A stretch of 64,000 nt of DNA, from the NCBI GenBank assembly GCA_030141605.1, contig JAQGDQ010002392.1, positions 1 to 64,000 of the forward strand, in the 5' to 3' direction. The notes below the pieces were generated by a model. It had not been told where the DNA came from. It saw only the letters and a program-made list of their open reading frames with translations, and made no database searches. Positions 28,657 to 38,285 of the stretch are shown piece by piece; positions within the stretch are counted from its first letter, which is position 1, and each line of letters opens with the position of its first letter. This DNA is from Tubiluchus corallicola (Eukaryota > Animalia > Priapulida). The position numbers were made by a program, and so were the translations under genes.

Positions 28657-31080
28657 TTAATGACTTATAGTTGACATAGAAGGCGGAGCATCTTTCACTT
28701 TGCTGCCCCATTTTTTATTAGGTCTATCAGACATTTCCAGTTCTAAAACTCCTCCCTTTACTAAATCTTTATGATAAAACCACGGTTTATTCAACGACTT
28801 GCCATTTAGTTTAGCAGACTTAATATATCTATTTTCCTTAGACACATTATTAGCTTTTATCACAAATTTCTCTCCGCTATAAAACTTTTCATCTAAATGT
28901 ATGGTTACTTCTTCAAATAACGGGCTTCCTATTTCGTAAATAGGCTTTGTAGCTCCTCCTCCGTCCATCTGAAAAAGCCCAATGGCACTCATTACAAACC
29001 ACGCTCCCATTTGCCCTTGGTCTTCATCGCCCGGCCATCCATTTACTGGGTTATCTCCATAGTAATTGTCCATTATTTCTCTTGCCCATTTTTGAGTAAG
29101 ATAAGGTTTTCCTGAGTAGTTAAACAAATAAGCTGCTTGCATATTGGGCTGGTTGCCGTGATTAACATATACATTGCCAAATTTATCTTCAGGAGCATTA
29201 AAATTGTCTTTAAGAGATTTCTCAAACCCTTCTTCTAATCTATTGTTAAATTCATCTTTTCCCATCATTTCCACTAACCCATTTACATCGTGTGGAACAA
29301 ACCAAGTATATTGCCAAGCATTGCCTTCGACAAAGCCTTTTCCTGACCACGACGAATAAGAGTCTTTTGCTTGCGAGAATATTTCCTCTTGTACCCACTC
29401 TCCACTTGCCAATCTTGGCTGCATATATTTTTTAGTGGGGTGAAAAATGTTTTTATAATTATAGGCTCTATCTTTAAAGTATTTATAGTCTTCTTTTTTT
29501 CCCAATGCTTTTGCCATTTGAGCTACATTCCAATCATCGTAGCAATATTCTAAGGTGTTAGAAGCAGGTCCCTCATCTTTTGTTCCAAAATGATATTTCT
29601 CCGTTCCTTTTCCGTGTGGCACATAACCTAATTCTTTGTAGGGGCGTAGTTGCCTATTTCCTACCAAACCTCCACAAGGATGTGCTGTGCCATCTTCCGA
29701 CATTACGTGTTTTATAGCTTCATAGGCTTTGTCTACATCATAGTTTCTTATACCTTTTTGGTAAGCACTATTGATAAGAGCTACTTCGTGAGATGCTACC
29801 ATAATGCTGGAATATTCAATAGCCGTAGGTCCTTTGGGCAGCCATCCTCCCCTGTCGTAAATCTCTAACAACGATTTCACCCAAGAGTTAGTAACATCAG
29901 GAGTTACTAAGGACCATAGTTGATTAAGATTCCAAAAAGTATTCCAAAAAGCATCGCATCCATAAATAGGGTCATCGGGATCATCCAAAGTAACTACCTG
30001 TTCGCACATATCTACATACTTTCCATTTATATCGCTCCAAATAGTACGTGCAGCATAAGACCTATACATATTGGTATAAAACTTCACTTTGTCTTTCTCT
30101 GTCCCTCCATCTATCTCTATTTTGCTTAGTAAATCATTCCATTCTTTACGAGCATTTTGGTGCGTTTCTTCAAAACTCCACCCAAAAGGGATGGTCAATT
30201 CTGCATCTAAATTCAATCTAGCCTGTTCTACACTTACTAAGGATATACCTACTTTCACTTGCACTACCTCATTTTCTTCTGTTTCAAACTCTACAAAAGC
30301 CCCTACATCGCCTCTGCCGTGTACCTCGTAAGTATCGTATTCTATATCCCCTTTAAATTCATTGGGGTCGGCTGTGCTTGGCGTAGCACCATACTCCAAA
30401 AAAGTATTGAAAGTTTCAAATGGCTTGTCAAAACGCATAACAAAATGAACAGTATATTCATTATTCAAAGAAGAAAAATGGTCGTATGTTTTTTGCTTTG
30501 AAAATCCTTCTATTTCTGTATCACTCACTTTTTTTATGTATGCCCAATCTACTTCGTAGCCATATTCGGTGTAAGTGAGCAAGTCTATCAATATCCTAGA
30601 TGCTTCATTTTTCGGAAATGTATACTTATGAAATCCTGCTCGTGTTGTTGTTGTAAGCTCAACCTTTATATCATAGTCTTCGAGAATTACAGAGTAATAG
30701 CCCGGCGATGCTTTTTCCGTGCTTTTGTCAATTCTTGAACGATAGCCTTTGTCTGGTTCTTGATATGTGCCGGGGTTTACTTTTAGTTCTCCTGTGGTAG
30801 GCATCATCAAAAGCCCTCCTGTAACCCACGAATGAATATGACTAAAACCTGCTATGTTTTCTATTGCATAGTCGTAGCCTGCTTTCCATTTTTGAGGTTC
30901 ATTGTCGGGGCTTAGTTTTACCATCCCAAATGGCATACTTGGACCAGGGTATAGCATCCAACGGGATTCTGATGTTCCTATAAAAGGGTCAACATAATCT
31001 ATTGGAGATAACTTTTGCCCTATAGATAATTGATTACTAACTAATAATAATACAATGGTAGTAAAAATTAGTTTTTTCAT
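28657..31080 (-). CDS. GH92 alpha-mannosidase
   Basis: VDPFIGT, EGNAWQYTW, HGNQP, GDEDQGQMGAW. Confidence 0.92.
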   Translation of the reverse strand: MKKLIFTTIVLLLVSNQLSIGQKLSPIDYVDPFIGTSESRWMLYPGPSMPFGMVKLSPDNEPQKWKAGYDYAIENIAGFSHIHSWVTGGLLMMPTTGELKVNPGTYQEPDKGYRSRIDKSTEKASPGYYSVILEDYDIKVELTTTTRAGFHKYTFPKNEASRILIDLLTYTEYGYEVDWAYIKKVSDTEIEGFSKQKTYDHFSSLNNEYTVHFVMRFDKPFETFNTFLEYGATPSTADPNEFKGDIEYDTYEVHGRGDVGAFVEFETEENEVVQVKVGISLVSVEQARLNLDAELTIPFGWSFEETHQNARKEWNDLLSKIEIDGGTEKDKVKFYTNMYRSYAARTIWSDINGKYVDMCEQVVTLDDPDDPIYGCDAFWNTFWNLNQLWSLVTPDVTNSWVKSLLEIYDRGGWLPKGPTAIEYSSIMVASHEVALINSAYQKGIRNYDVDKAYEAIKHVMSEDGTAHPCGGLVGNRQLRPYKELGYVPHGKGTEKYHFGTKDEGPASNTLEYCYDDWNVAQMAKALGKKEDYKYFKDRAYNYKNIFHPTKKYMQPRLASGEWVQEEIFSQAKDSYSSWSGKGFVEGNAWQYTWFVPHDVNGLVEMMGKDEFNNRLEEGFEKSLKDNFNAPEDKFGNVYVNHGNQPNMQAAYLFNYSGKPYLTQKWAREIMDNYYGDNPVNGWPGDEDQGQMGAWFVMSAIGLFQMDGGGATKPIYEIGSPLFEEVTIHLDEKFYSGEKFVIKANNVSKENRYIKSAKLNGKSLNKPWFYHKDLVKGGVLELEMSDRPNKKWGSKVKDAPPSMSTISH

Positions 31081-31208
31081 AATTACTATTTTTTTTAAAT
31101 TTTAAGTTAGGTAGTAAAAATACTTTTCTCCCTTGTTCTTAATTTTGTTTTAATTTACTTTAAGTTATTTACAAAATTAAGAGGAGGTTCAAGAACTAAA
31201 TATTTTTA

Positions 31209-33431
31209 TTATTTTTTGTCAGTCATATGAAATACAAGAGTTCCTCCTTCAATAATATCTTTGTAACTAATTGTATTTCTTTCTAATTTCTTACCATTGA
31301 GGGTAATTTCTTTAGCATATATATTTTTTGTAGACACATTTTTTGCTTCAATAGTAAATGTTTTATTATTGCTTAATGCTATTTCTACTTTTTCAAACAA
31401 TGGTGCTGCCAACTGGTACTCTCCACTTGCTGGATCTACTGGATAAAAGCCCACAGAACTAAAAACATACCAAGCCGACATTTGTCCACAATCTTCATTT
31501 CCGCATATTCCATCTGGCTTTGAGGTAAATAAAGTAGTTAGTATTTTATTAACTATGGCTTGTGTCTTCAAGGGTTTACCTATAAAATTGTACAAATATG
31601 CAGTGCTATGACTGGGTTCATTGCCTTGTGCATACTGTCCCACCATTCCGCTTATATCAGGTGAAGTGTGTTCGCCTAATATTTCGGAAGATTGAGTAAA
31701 TAGACTATCTAACATTATTTCAAATGTTTTATCACCTCCCATCAACTCCACTAATCCATAAGGATTATGTGGAACAAACCAAGAATACTGCCAGCTATTT
31801 CCTTCTGTAAAATAATCTTTTCTATGTTGAGAAAAAAGAGGATTAAAAGGTTCTGCCCACTTACCATTAGAAAGTTTGCCTCTCATAAGATTATAATTAG
31901 GGTCAAAAATATTTCTATAATATTCTGAGCGTTCTATGTAGTATTGATAATCTTTTTCTTTTCCTAATTTCTTTGCTACTTGTGCAATGCACCAATCATC
32001 GTAACAATATTCCAATGTTTTTGAAGCAGATTCATTCTCCAAATCAGCAGGAACATATTTGTATTTTCTAAAATGCTCTAAACCTTCAACATTGCTTTGT
32101 GAGCTTGCTTTCATTGCTTCGTAGGCTAAGTCTTTATCAAAGTCCCCTACCCCTTTTATAATAGCCTCTGCAATAACAGGAACAGCGTGGTAGCCTATCA
32201 TTGTATTTGTTTCGTTACCACAAAGTTCCCACACAGGTAATAAGCCTGTTTGCTTATATTGTGCTAACATAGACTTTATTATATTATTTAATAATTCTGG
32301 TTGAGTTAGAAGGAACAAAGGTTTCAATGCTCTAAATGTATCCCATAGCGAAAGTACTGTGTATTGATTGTAACCTTCAGCTTTTACTGGCTTATGATCG
32401 TATCCTTTGTAATATCCATCTATATCCGAAAAACGGTAAGGTGCTATAAAACTATGATAAAGAGCGGTGTAAAATATTGTTTTTTTATCTTCGTTTACAG
32501 AGGTAACTTTTATTTTGTTTAACTCCTTGTTCCATATATCTTTTGCATTTTTTCTTACCTTTTCAAAATCCCATCCATAATTTTCTGCATTCAAATTTTT
32601 TAATGCTCCTTCAATACTGGCAGAAGAGATTGCCACTTTTACTAACAACTGCTTTGTGTCATTTGCAAATGTAAAAACACCTTTTACATTTTTCCCTTTT
32701 GCTTGATTGTCTGATAGTTTTTCTCCCAAAAACGATTGATAAGATTCAAAAGGTTTTGAGAATTGCATTGCAAAATAAACTTTTTGATTTTTTGCCCAAC
32801 CTGTAGAATGCCTATATCCAACTATTAGTTGTTTATCTTTAATCTCTATATGGCCATCTATAGGAGTATCCCAGTTGATGCGAAAACCTAAGTCTAAAAT
32901 AACATTTCTTTCTTTTTCCTGATTGTTGAATGTGTATTTATGCAAGCCTGTAAACTTGGTAGCTGTTAGTTCTACATTGATATTATCGTCCAAAAGTTTC
33001 ACTTGATAATACCCTGCTTCAGCACTTTCGTCGTCGTGTGAAAAACGAGAAAGGTAATAAGGCAAAATACTTTTGTGAGCATCTGAGTTGTTGTGAGAAA
33101 CAAAATGCTTTTCTGCTATCTCTTTTGTAGTGGGCATAATAGATATATCTGCTAAATCTCCTATTCCTGTTCCACTTAAATGGGTATGACTAAATCCTGC
33201 TATTGTACTATCAGAATAATTATAGCCTGAGCACCAATCCCATCCACTTGTTCCATTATCAGGGCTTAGTTGTATCATTCCAAAAGGCACAGTTGCCCCA
33301 GGAAATGTATGTCCGTGGTCTGCCGTTCCAATAAAAGGGTCTACGTACTTTGTTAAATCTAATTCAGTTTTATTCATATAACTACTCAATAGTAATAATA
33401 TAAACAGTGCTAAAAGTGTTCTCTGCCTCAT
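31209..33431 (-). CDS. GH92 alpha-mannosidase
   Basis: GHTFPGA, SLWDTFR, GNEPS, GNEDCGQMSAW. Confidence 0.93.
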   Translation of the reverse strand: MRQRTLLALFILLLLSSYMNKTELDLTKYVDPFIGTADHGHTFPGATVPFGMIQLSPDNGTSGWDWCSGYNYSDSTIAGFSHTHLSGTGIGDLADISIMPTTKEIAEKHFVSHNNSDAHKSILPYYLSRFSHDDESAEAGYYQVKLLDDNINVELTATKFTGLHKYTFNNQEKERNVILDLGFRINWDTPIDGHIEIKDKQLIVGYRHSTGWAKNQKVYFAMQFSKPFESYQSFLGEKLSDNQAKGKNVKGVFTFANDTKQLLVKVAISSASIEGALKNLNAENYGWDFEKVRKNAKDIWNKELNKIKVTSVNEDKKTIFYTALYHSFIAPYRFSDIDGYYKGYDHKPVKAEGYNQYTVLSLWDTFRALKPLFLLTQPELLNNIIKSMLAQYKQTGLLPVWELCGNETNTMIGYHAVPVIAEAIIKGVGDFDKDLAYEAMKASSQSNVEGLEHFRKYKYVPADLENESASKTLEYCYDDWCIAQVAKKLGKEKDYQYYIERSEYYRNIFDPNYNLMRGKLSNGKWAEPFNPLFSQHRKDYFTEGNSWQYSWFVPHNPYGLVELMGGDKTFEIMLDSLFTQSSEILGEHTSPDISGMVGQYAQGNEPSHSTAYLYNFIGKPLKTQAIVNKILTTLFTSKPDGICGNEDCGQMSAWYVFSSVGFYPVDPASGEYQLAAPLFEKVEIALSNNKTFTIEAKNVSTKNIYAKEITLNGKKLERNTISYKDIIEGGTLVFHMTDKK

Positions 33432-33506
33432 CTTACAAGTTTTAAAAATTAATATAAATCAAAAAAATTATACACAGATTAGTTAATAGTAATTAGTTGT
33501 TTCAAG

Positions 33507-35018
33507 TTAATAGCCCGTATTTTGTGTTAAGTTTGAATTAACATCTATTTCTCTTTGAGGTATAGGTAGTAATAAGTGTTTTTCTTCAAATTTATTCGCT
33601 CCTGAAAAACTGGGGGTATAGCCTACGAGGTCGTCAAATTCTAAGGTGGTAGTATTAAATACTTTCCTTGTTCTTAACATATCATACCAAGCTTTGTTTT
33701 CGAAACATAGTTCCCAGTACCTTTCTCTCCAAACTGCTTTTCTAAAACCATCTTGGGTAGTAGAAACATTTCCTAATCCCGCTCGTGTTCTTATTTTATT
33801 AATTGCCTCTTGAGCTTGTGCATTGGGACTGCCGTCTGCTTCGTTCTGAGCCTCCGCATAGATTAATAAAACTTCTGCATATCTATATATTCCCCAATCT
33901 TTACTAGATCTAGGGCTTTCAGTTAGAGCAACATTATCGAAAAACTTAAAAATATGGGGCTTAAAATTTTTCTCAACTGGAGGATCGTCCATACTAAGAA
34001 AACTCGTATAAAAAAACTGTTGTTCGTTAGTACGTTTATCACCATCCTCATAACTATCGTAAAATGCTTGAGTTGGATACAACGAACCAAATTCATCCGA
34101 ATAACTAGTTATGTTCTGTCCCCTTGGTAATAACCAAGCAGTAATACGCGACTCTGATATACCTGCTTGTCTTTGAGCCATAAATATATGCTCTTCTTTA
34201 TTATCTTCATTTGGGTCTCTCAATTTATCGTAGGCAGTAATATCCCCTGCATCTTGAAATAATGAAAACTCGCCCATTTGTATAGCATCATTGGCTTTTT
34301 CTGCCGCAAGAGCATATTTATCAGTTTCTTGCAAGGGATAACCAGCCATTGTTAAATACACGTCTGCAAACAGTGTTTTTACTGCTCCCATAGATACACG
34401 CCCATCTACATCTCTATTGGGCATTCCACCTTCTTCTGCTATTTTTAGGTCAGGGATGATTATTTCGTCGTATACTTTTTTCATTGGACTTCTTTGTGGG
34501 AATATCCCTTCTAAACTTTCGACAGGTTCTACAATTATAGGAACATCACCATATAGTCTTACAAGCACAAAATAAAAGTATGCACGAAAGAATCTTGTTT
34601 CTCCCAACAGTAATCTCTTTCTATCTTCATCCATTTTTATATCAGGTATATATTTTAAGGCTACATTTGCATTGGAGATACCTTTATAACAATCTTCCCA
34701 CCATCTTTGTGCATACTTAAGACCAGAAGTATAAGCAAGTTGTTGCATCAACTTAAAATCTGCTTCTTGCCCAACACTTGTTTCTGCCATCCCTGATAAA
34801 AATTCAGGCATCATAAATGGTGAAGCACCATAAGTGCCAATACCGTCTGTAAAAAATCTTAATACAGGATAAATGGCATAAACTGCACTCTCTGCATGAG
34901 ATGGCAATGTATAGTAATTGTCAGTAAAATCATCTCCAAATAGCTTTTCATCCAATAGTTTACTACAGGAAATAAACAGGAACATAGCAACAAGTAGAGA
35001 ACTTATTAATGTTTTCAT
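33507..35018 (-). CDS. SusD/RagB glycan-binding lipoprotein
   Basis: Lipobox FISC, RYAEVLLIYAEA, ERYWELCFE, PIPQREID..NL.QN.GY. Confidence 0.92.
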   Translation of the reverse strand: MKTLISSLLVAMFLFISCSKLLDEKLFGDDFTDNYYTLPSHAESAVYAIYPVLRFFTDGIGTYGASPFMMPEFLSGMAETSVGQEADFKLMQQLAYTSGLKYAQRWWEDCYKGISNANVALKYIPDIKMDEDRKRLLLGETRFFRAYFYFVLVRLYGDVPIIVEPVESLEGIFPQRSPMKKVYDEIIIPDLKIAEEGGMPNRDVDGRVSMGAVKTLFADVYLTMAGYPLQETDKYALAAEKANDAIQMGEFSLFQDAGDITAYDKLRDPNEDNKEEHIFMAQRQAGISESRITAWLLPRGQNITSYSDEFGSLYPTQAFYDSYEDGDKRTNEQQFFYTSFLSMDDPPVEKNFKPHIFKFFDNVALTESPRSSKDWGIYRYAEVLLIYAEAQNEADGSPNAQAQEAINKIRTRAGLGNVSTTQDGFRKAVWRERYWELCFENKAWYDMLRTRKVFNTTTLEFDDLVGYTPSFSGANKFEEKHLLLPIPQREIDVNSNLTQNTGY

Positions 35019-35036
35019 AATATTTGGATATTTAAA

Positions 35037-38000
35037 TTAAAAAGTTGTCTTTACTCCTAGTGTGTATGTAATTGGTTTGGGGTATTGAAAAAACTCTATG
35101 CCCTGTGCAAAGGCATCGTCATAGGTTGATGTTTCTGGATCGTATCCGCTATATTTTGTGATTAAGAAAAAGTTTTGAACGCTTCCGTAGATATTCAATT
35201 GATCTATACCTATTTTTTTCGTAACATCTTTAGGCAAATTGTAACCCAATGAAAGATTTCTACCTCTAATAAAAGAACCATCTTCTACCCAATGACTATC
35301 TAAAACTGATTGATATCCTGCACTTTGGTATCTTACTTGAGCTACATTTGTATTTTGGTTATTAGGTGTCCAAGCATTTAATACCGAAGAAGATGAATTT
35401 GCACTTCCCGTTCTATCTTCTATAGAATGTTTAGTTAAGTTCATCACATCGTTTCCTACTACTATAGCAATATCTATGCTCAACACAAAGTTCTTATAGG
35501 TAAATGAGTTGTAAAAAGTCGTCTCAAAGTCAGGCAGTCCGTTACCTATAATAGCTCTATCTTGGTCATCTATTTTACCATCGCCATTTAGGTCTTTGTA
35601 TTTTACATCTCCTGGTTTTAGCCCATATTTCTCAGCTTCTTCCGCTTCACTTTCACTCCAAGTTCCTTCCCTTACTAAGCCCCAGAAATTACCTACTGAC
35701 TCCCCTACTCTTAGTACGTTCGTTTGATTTACGAACCAAGGACCAGGGAATATATCTTCATCATTTTCTCCCAGAGAAAGTATTTTGTTCCTATTTAATG
35801 TGAAGTTTACTGTGGTGTTCCATTGAAAATCTTTGTTGGCAATATTTACAGTGTTTAACCCTATTTCTACCCCTTCGTTTTTCAAAGAGCCTATATTTTG
35901 GTACACACTACTATATCCAGTTGTGTAAGGTACTGGAGTTGCTAACAGCATATCTGTCGTTTTCTTATAGTAATAGTCTATGATTAAGGCTATTCTATTG
36001 TTTAATACCCCCAAGTCTAATCCCACATTAGTTTGAGCCGTTTTTTCCCATTTTAAGTCAGGGTTTGCAATTCTACTTGGTCTAGAGGATGGATATCTGT
36101 CTCCTCCAATTATAGCATCATCCCAATTTCCCACCGTTGCTAATGAATTGTATTGCCCTATTTCAGAGTTGCCTGTTATTCCATAACTTAGCCTAAGTTT
36201 CAGATTATTTACACTTCTAACGTCTTTAATAAAATTTTCTTCTGACATTCTCCACGCTAATGCTCCTGATGGGAAAAAGGCATATTTGTTATTTTCTCCA
36301 AATTTTGAAGAACCATCGCGTCTTGTAGTAAATGTAGCAATGTATTTATCATAGAGTGTATAATTTACTCTCATAAATTGAGAAATTAACATCCATTCTT
36401 GATAATCGGAAGTGGGAGCTAATCTAACAGCTCCCTTCTCTAAGTCATACCATTTATATTCATCGCTTTCAAACCCTTCACTTCCTACAGAAAAAGTTTC
36501 ATAATTATGCTGTTGGAGACTAAAACCTCCAATAACTAGCAGTTTATGAATTTCGTTAAATTGCTTATTCCAAGTCAAATAATTCTCGTTTTGCCAATAT
36601 AAAGTCTTCGATTGTGAAATTCGTGCTACACCTCCTTGGTCTTTAGAAAGTTGATTTAGGTCTTTCCCTGAATAAAATTCATTTTTATAATTATATAAAT
36701 TAAAACCATATTGTGTTTTAATTTCAAGTTCTTGTGGGATGATATTGAATGTTGCATAAACGTTTCCTAATAGGTCTGTTCTTTTAACTATATCAAATCT
36801 CTCTTCTAAAAGTCTTACAGGGTGCTCGCCCCCTTCAAGGGGTCCATAATCCGAGGGTGATGCCCATTCGCCATTAGGGTATCTTACAGGTATTATAGGA
36901 GCTGTTTCTATCATCATTCTTAAAGGAGTTAGCCCTCCTACTGCACCATCAACTCGCCTTTCTACTGATTCGTTTAAGGTAAAACTTACACCCATTTTGA
37001 GCCATTTTTTCACATCAGAGTCCATTGTTAGTTTTCCGTAGTATCTTTCCAAATCTGAATTTAGCATAATACCCTCCTGACTTGTATAACCTACGGAATA
37101 AGTGTAAGTAGCTCTTTCGCTTCCTCCTCTTACTGACAAATTATGATTGTGAGATATAGCAAGTCTTGTGGCTTCTTTTTGCCAATCGGTATCGTACAAG
37201 GGGTTACCATTAGCATCAAATAAATTTCTATCAGCTCTCAACGATGCAATATCATAATTTCCATTTGCCCATCCTACGGGATCGTATTTCTCTGCATTTT
37301 GATATCCCAGTTCTAACACATCCATAAACTGTTGCGAATTAAGAACATCTATTTTTCTTGCAAGTACTCCAAAGCTCAAGAATTCATCGTAGCTTACTGT
37401 TGGTTCCATATCTTTTTTCCCTCCTTTGGTAGTTATAATAATCACACCATTAGCTCCCCTTGAACCATATATAGCAGAGGAAGAAGCATCTTTAAGTATT
37501 TCCATCGATTCTATATCAGATGGATTTATATATCCAATATTTCCTGCATAGGCAACTCCATCTATGACGTACAAGGGGTTGTTGCTAGAGTTTATAGAAC
37601 CACTTCCCCTTATTCTAACAGTAGGATTTCCTCCTGGTCGTCCTGAATTTATAGATACACTAACTCCCGGAGCACGACCACTAAGTGCTTCAATAGCAGA
37701 AATAACAGGCCTTTCTAAAAGCTCATCTGACCCAACAGAAGCTACTGCTCCCGAAATATCTTTTTTCTTTAATGTTCCATAACCTACCACAACTACATCT
37801 TCCAGCCCTACTGCATCTAACTGCATTGTAACGTCTATTCTCATACGTCCTTGAACGGGTATTTCTTGGGATTGCATACTTACAAAAGAAAACACAAGGA
37901 CTTGATCTGTATCTGACACTTTTATAGTATATTCTCCATTAACGTTTGTAGTAGTACCTGTTGTAGTTCTTTTCACAACAATAGTAACACCTGGCAGAGG

Positions 38001-38180
38001 TTCTTGGTTTTGGTCAAGCACTTGCCCACTTATTGTAATATCCTGTGCTTGCAAGGAAACTGCTGTGAGTAAAAATATCATTAATAAACAGAAAAGCCTT
38101 TTTTTAGTCTGAAAATTATAGAAAGGCGGAGATGATAATCTCGTATTCCGCAAATTGCAAGTGTTTTTTACTTGTTTCAT
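35037..38180 (-). CDS. SusC/RagA TonB-dependent transporter
   Basis: PLYVIDG, LKDASSSAIYGSRGANGVIIITTK, NPDLKWEKT, C-terminal Phe. Confidence 0.95.
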   Translation of the reverse strand: MKQVKNTCNLRNTRLSSPPFYNFQTKKRLFCLLMIFLLTAVSLQAQDITISGQVLDQNQEPLPGVTIVVKRTTTGTTTNVNGEYTIKVSDTDQVLVFSFVSMQSQEIPVQGRMRIDVTMQLDAVGLEDVVVVGYGTLKKKDISGAVASVGSDELLERPVISAIEALSGRAPGVSVSINSGRPGGNPTVRIRGSGSINSSNNPLYVIDGVAYAGNIGYINPSDIESMEILKDASSSAIYGSRGANGVIIITTKGGKKDMEPTVSYDEFLSFGVLARKIDVLNSQQFMDVLELGYQNAEKYDPVGWANGNYDIASLRADRNLFDANGNPLYDTDWQKEATRLAISHNHNLSVRGGSERATYTYSVGYTSQEGIMLNSDLERYYGKLTMDSDVKKWLKMGVSFTLNESVERRVDGAVGGLTPLRMMIETAPIIPVRYPNGEWASPSDYGPLEGGEHPVRLLEERFDIVKRTDLLGNVYATFNIIPQELEIKTQYGFNLYNYKNEFYSGKDLNQLSKDQGGVARISQSKTLYWQNENYLTWNKQFNEIHKLLVIGGFSLQQHNYETFSVGSEGFESDEYKWYDLEKGAVRLAPTSDYQEWMLISQFMRVNYTLYDKYIATFTTRRDGSSKFGENNKYAFFPSGALAWRMSEENFIKDVRSVNNLKLRLSYGITGNSEIGQYNSLATVGNWDDAIIGGDRYPSSRPSRIANPDLKWEKTAQTNVGLDLGVLNNRIALIIDYYYKKTTDMLLATPVPYTTGYSSVYQNIGSLKNEGVEIGLNTVNIANKDFQWNTTVNFTLNRNKILSLGENDEDIFPGPWFVNQTNVLRVGESVGNFWGLVREGTWSESEAEEAEKYGLKPGDVKYKDLNGDGKIDDQDRAIIGNGLPDFETTFYNSFTYKNFVLSIDIAIVVGNDVMNLTKHSIEDRTGSANSSSSVLNAWTPNNQNTNVAQVRYQSAGYQSVLDSHWVEDGSFIRGRNLSLGYNLPKDVTKKIGIDQLNIYGSVQNFFLITKYSGYDPETSTYDDAFAQGIEFFQYPKPITYTLGVKTTF

Positions 38181-38285
38181 TTTTCCTATTTAGATTAATT
38201 GGGAATTGGGTTTTCTATCATTTAAAGTTTGACAAAAATATACAATTTTATACATAAGTTGCATATCGTTATTCATTTTTTTTTA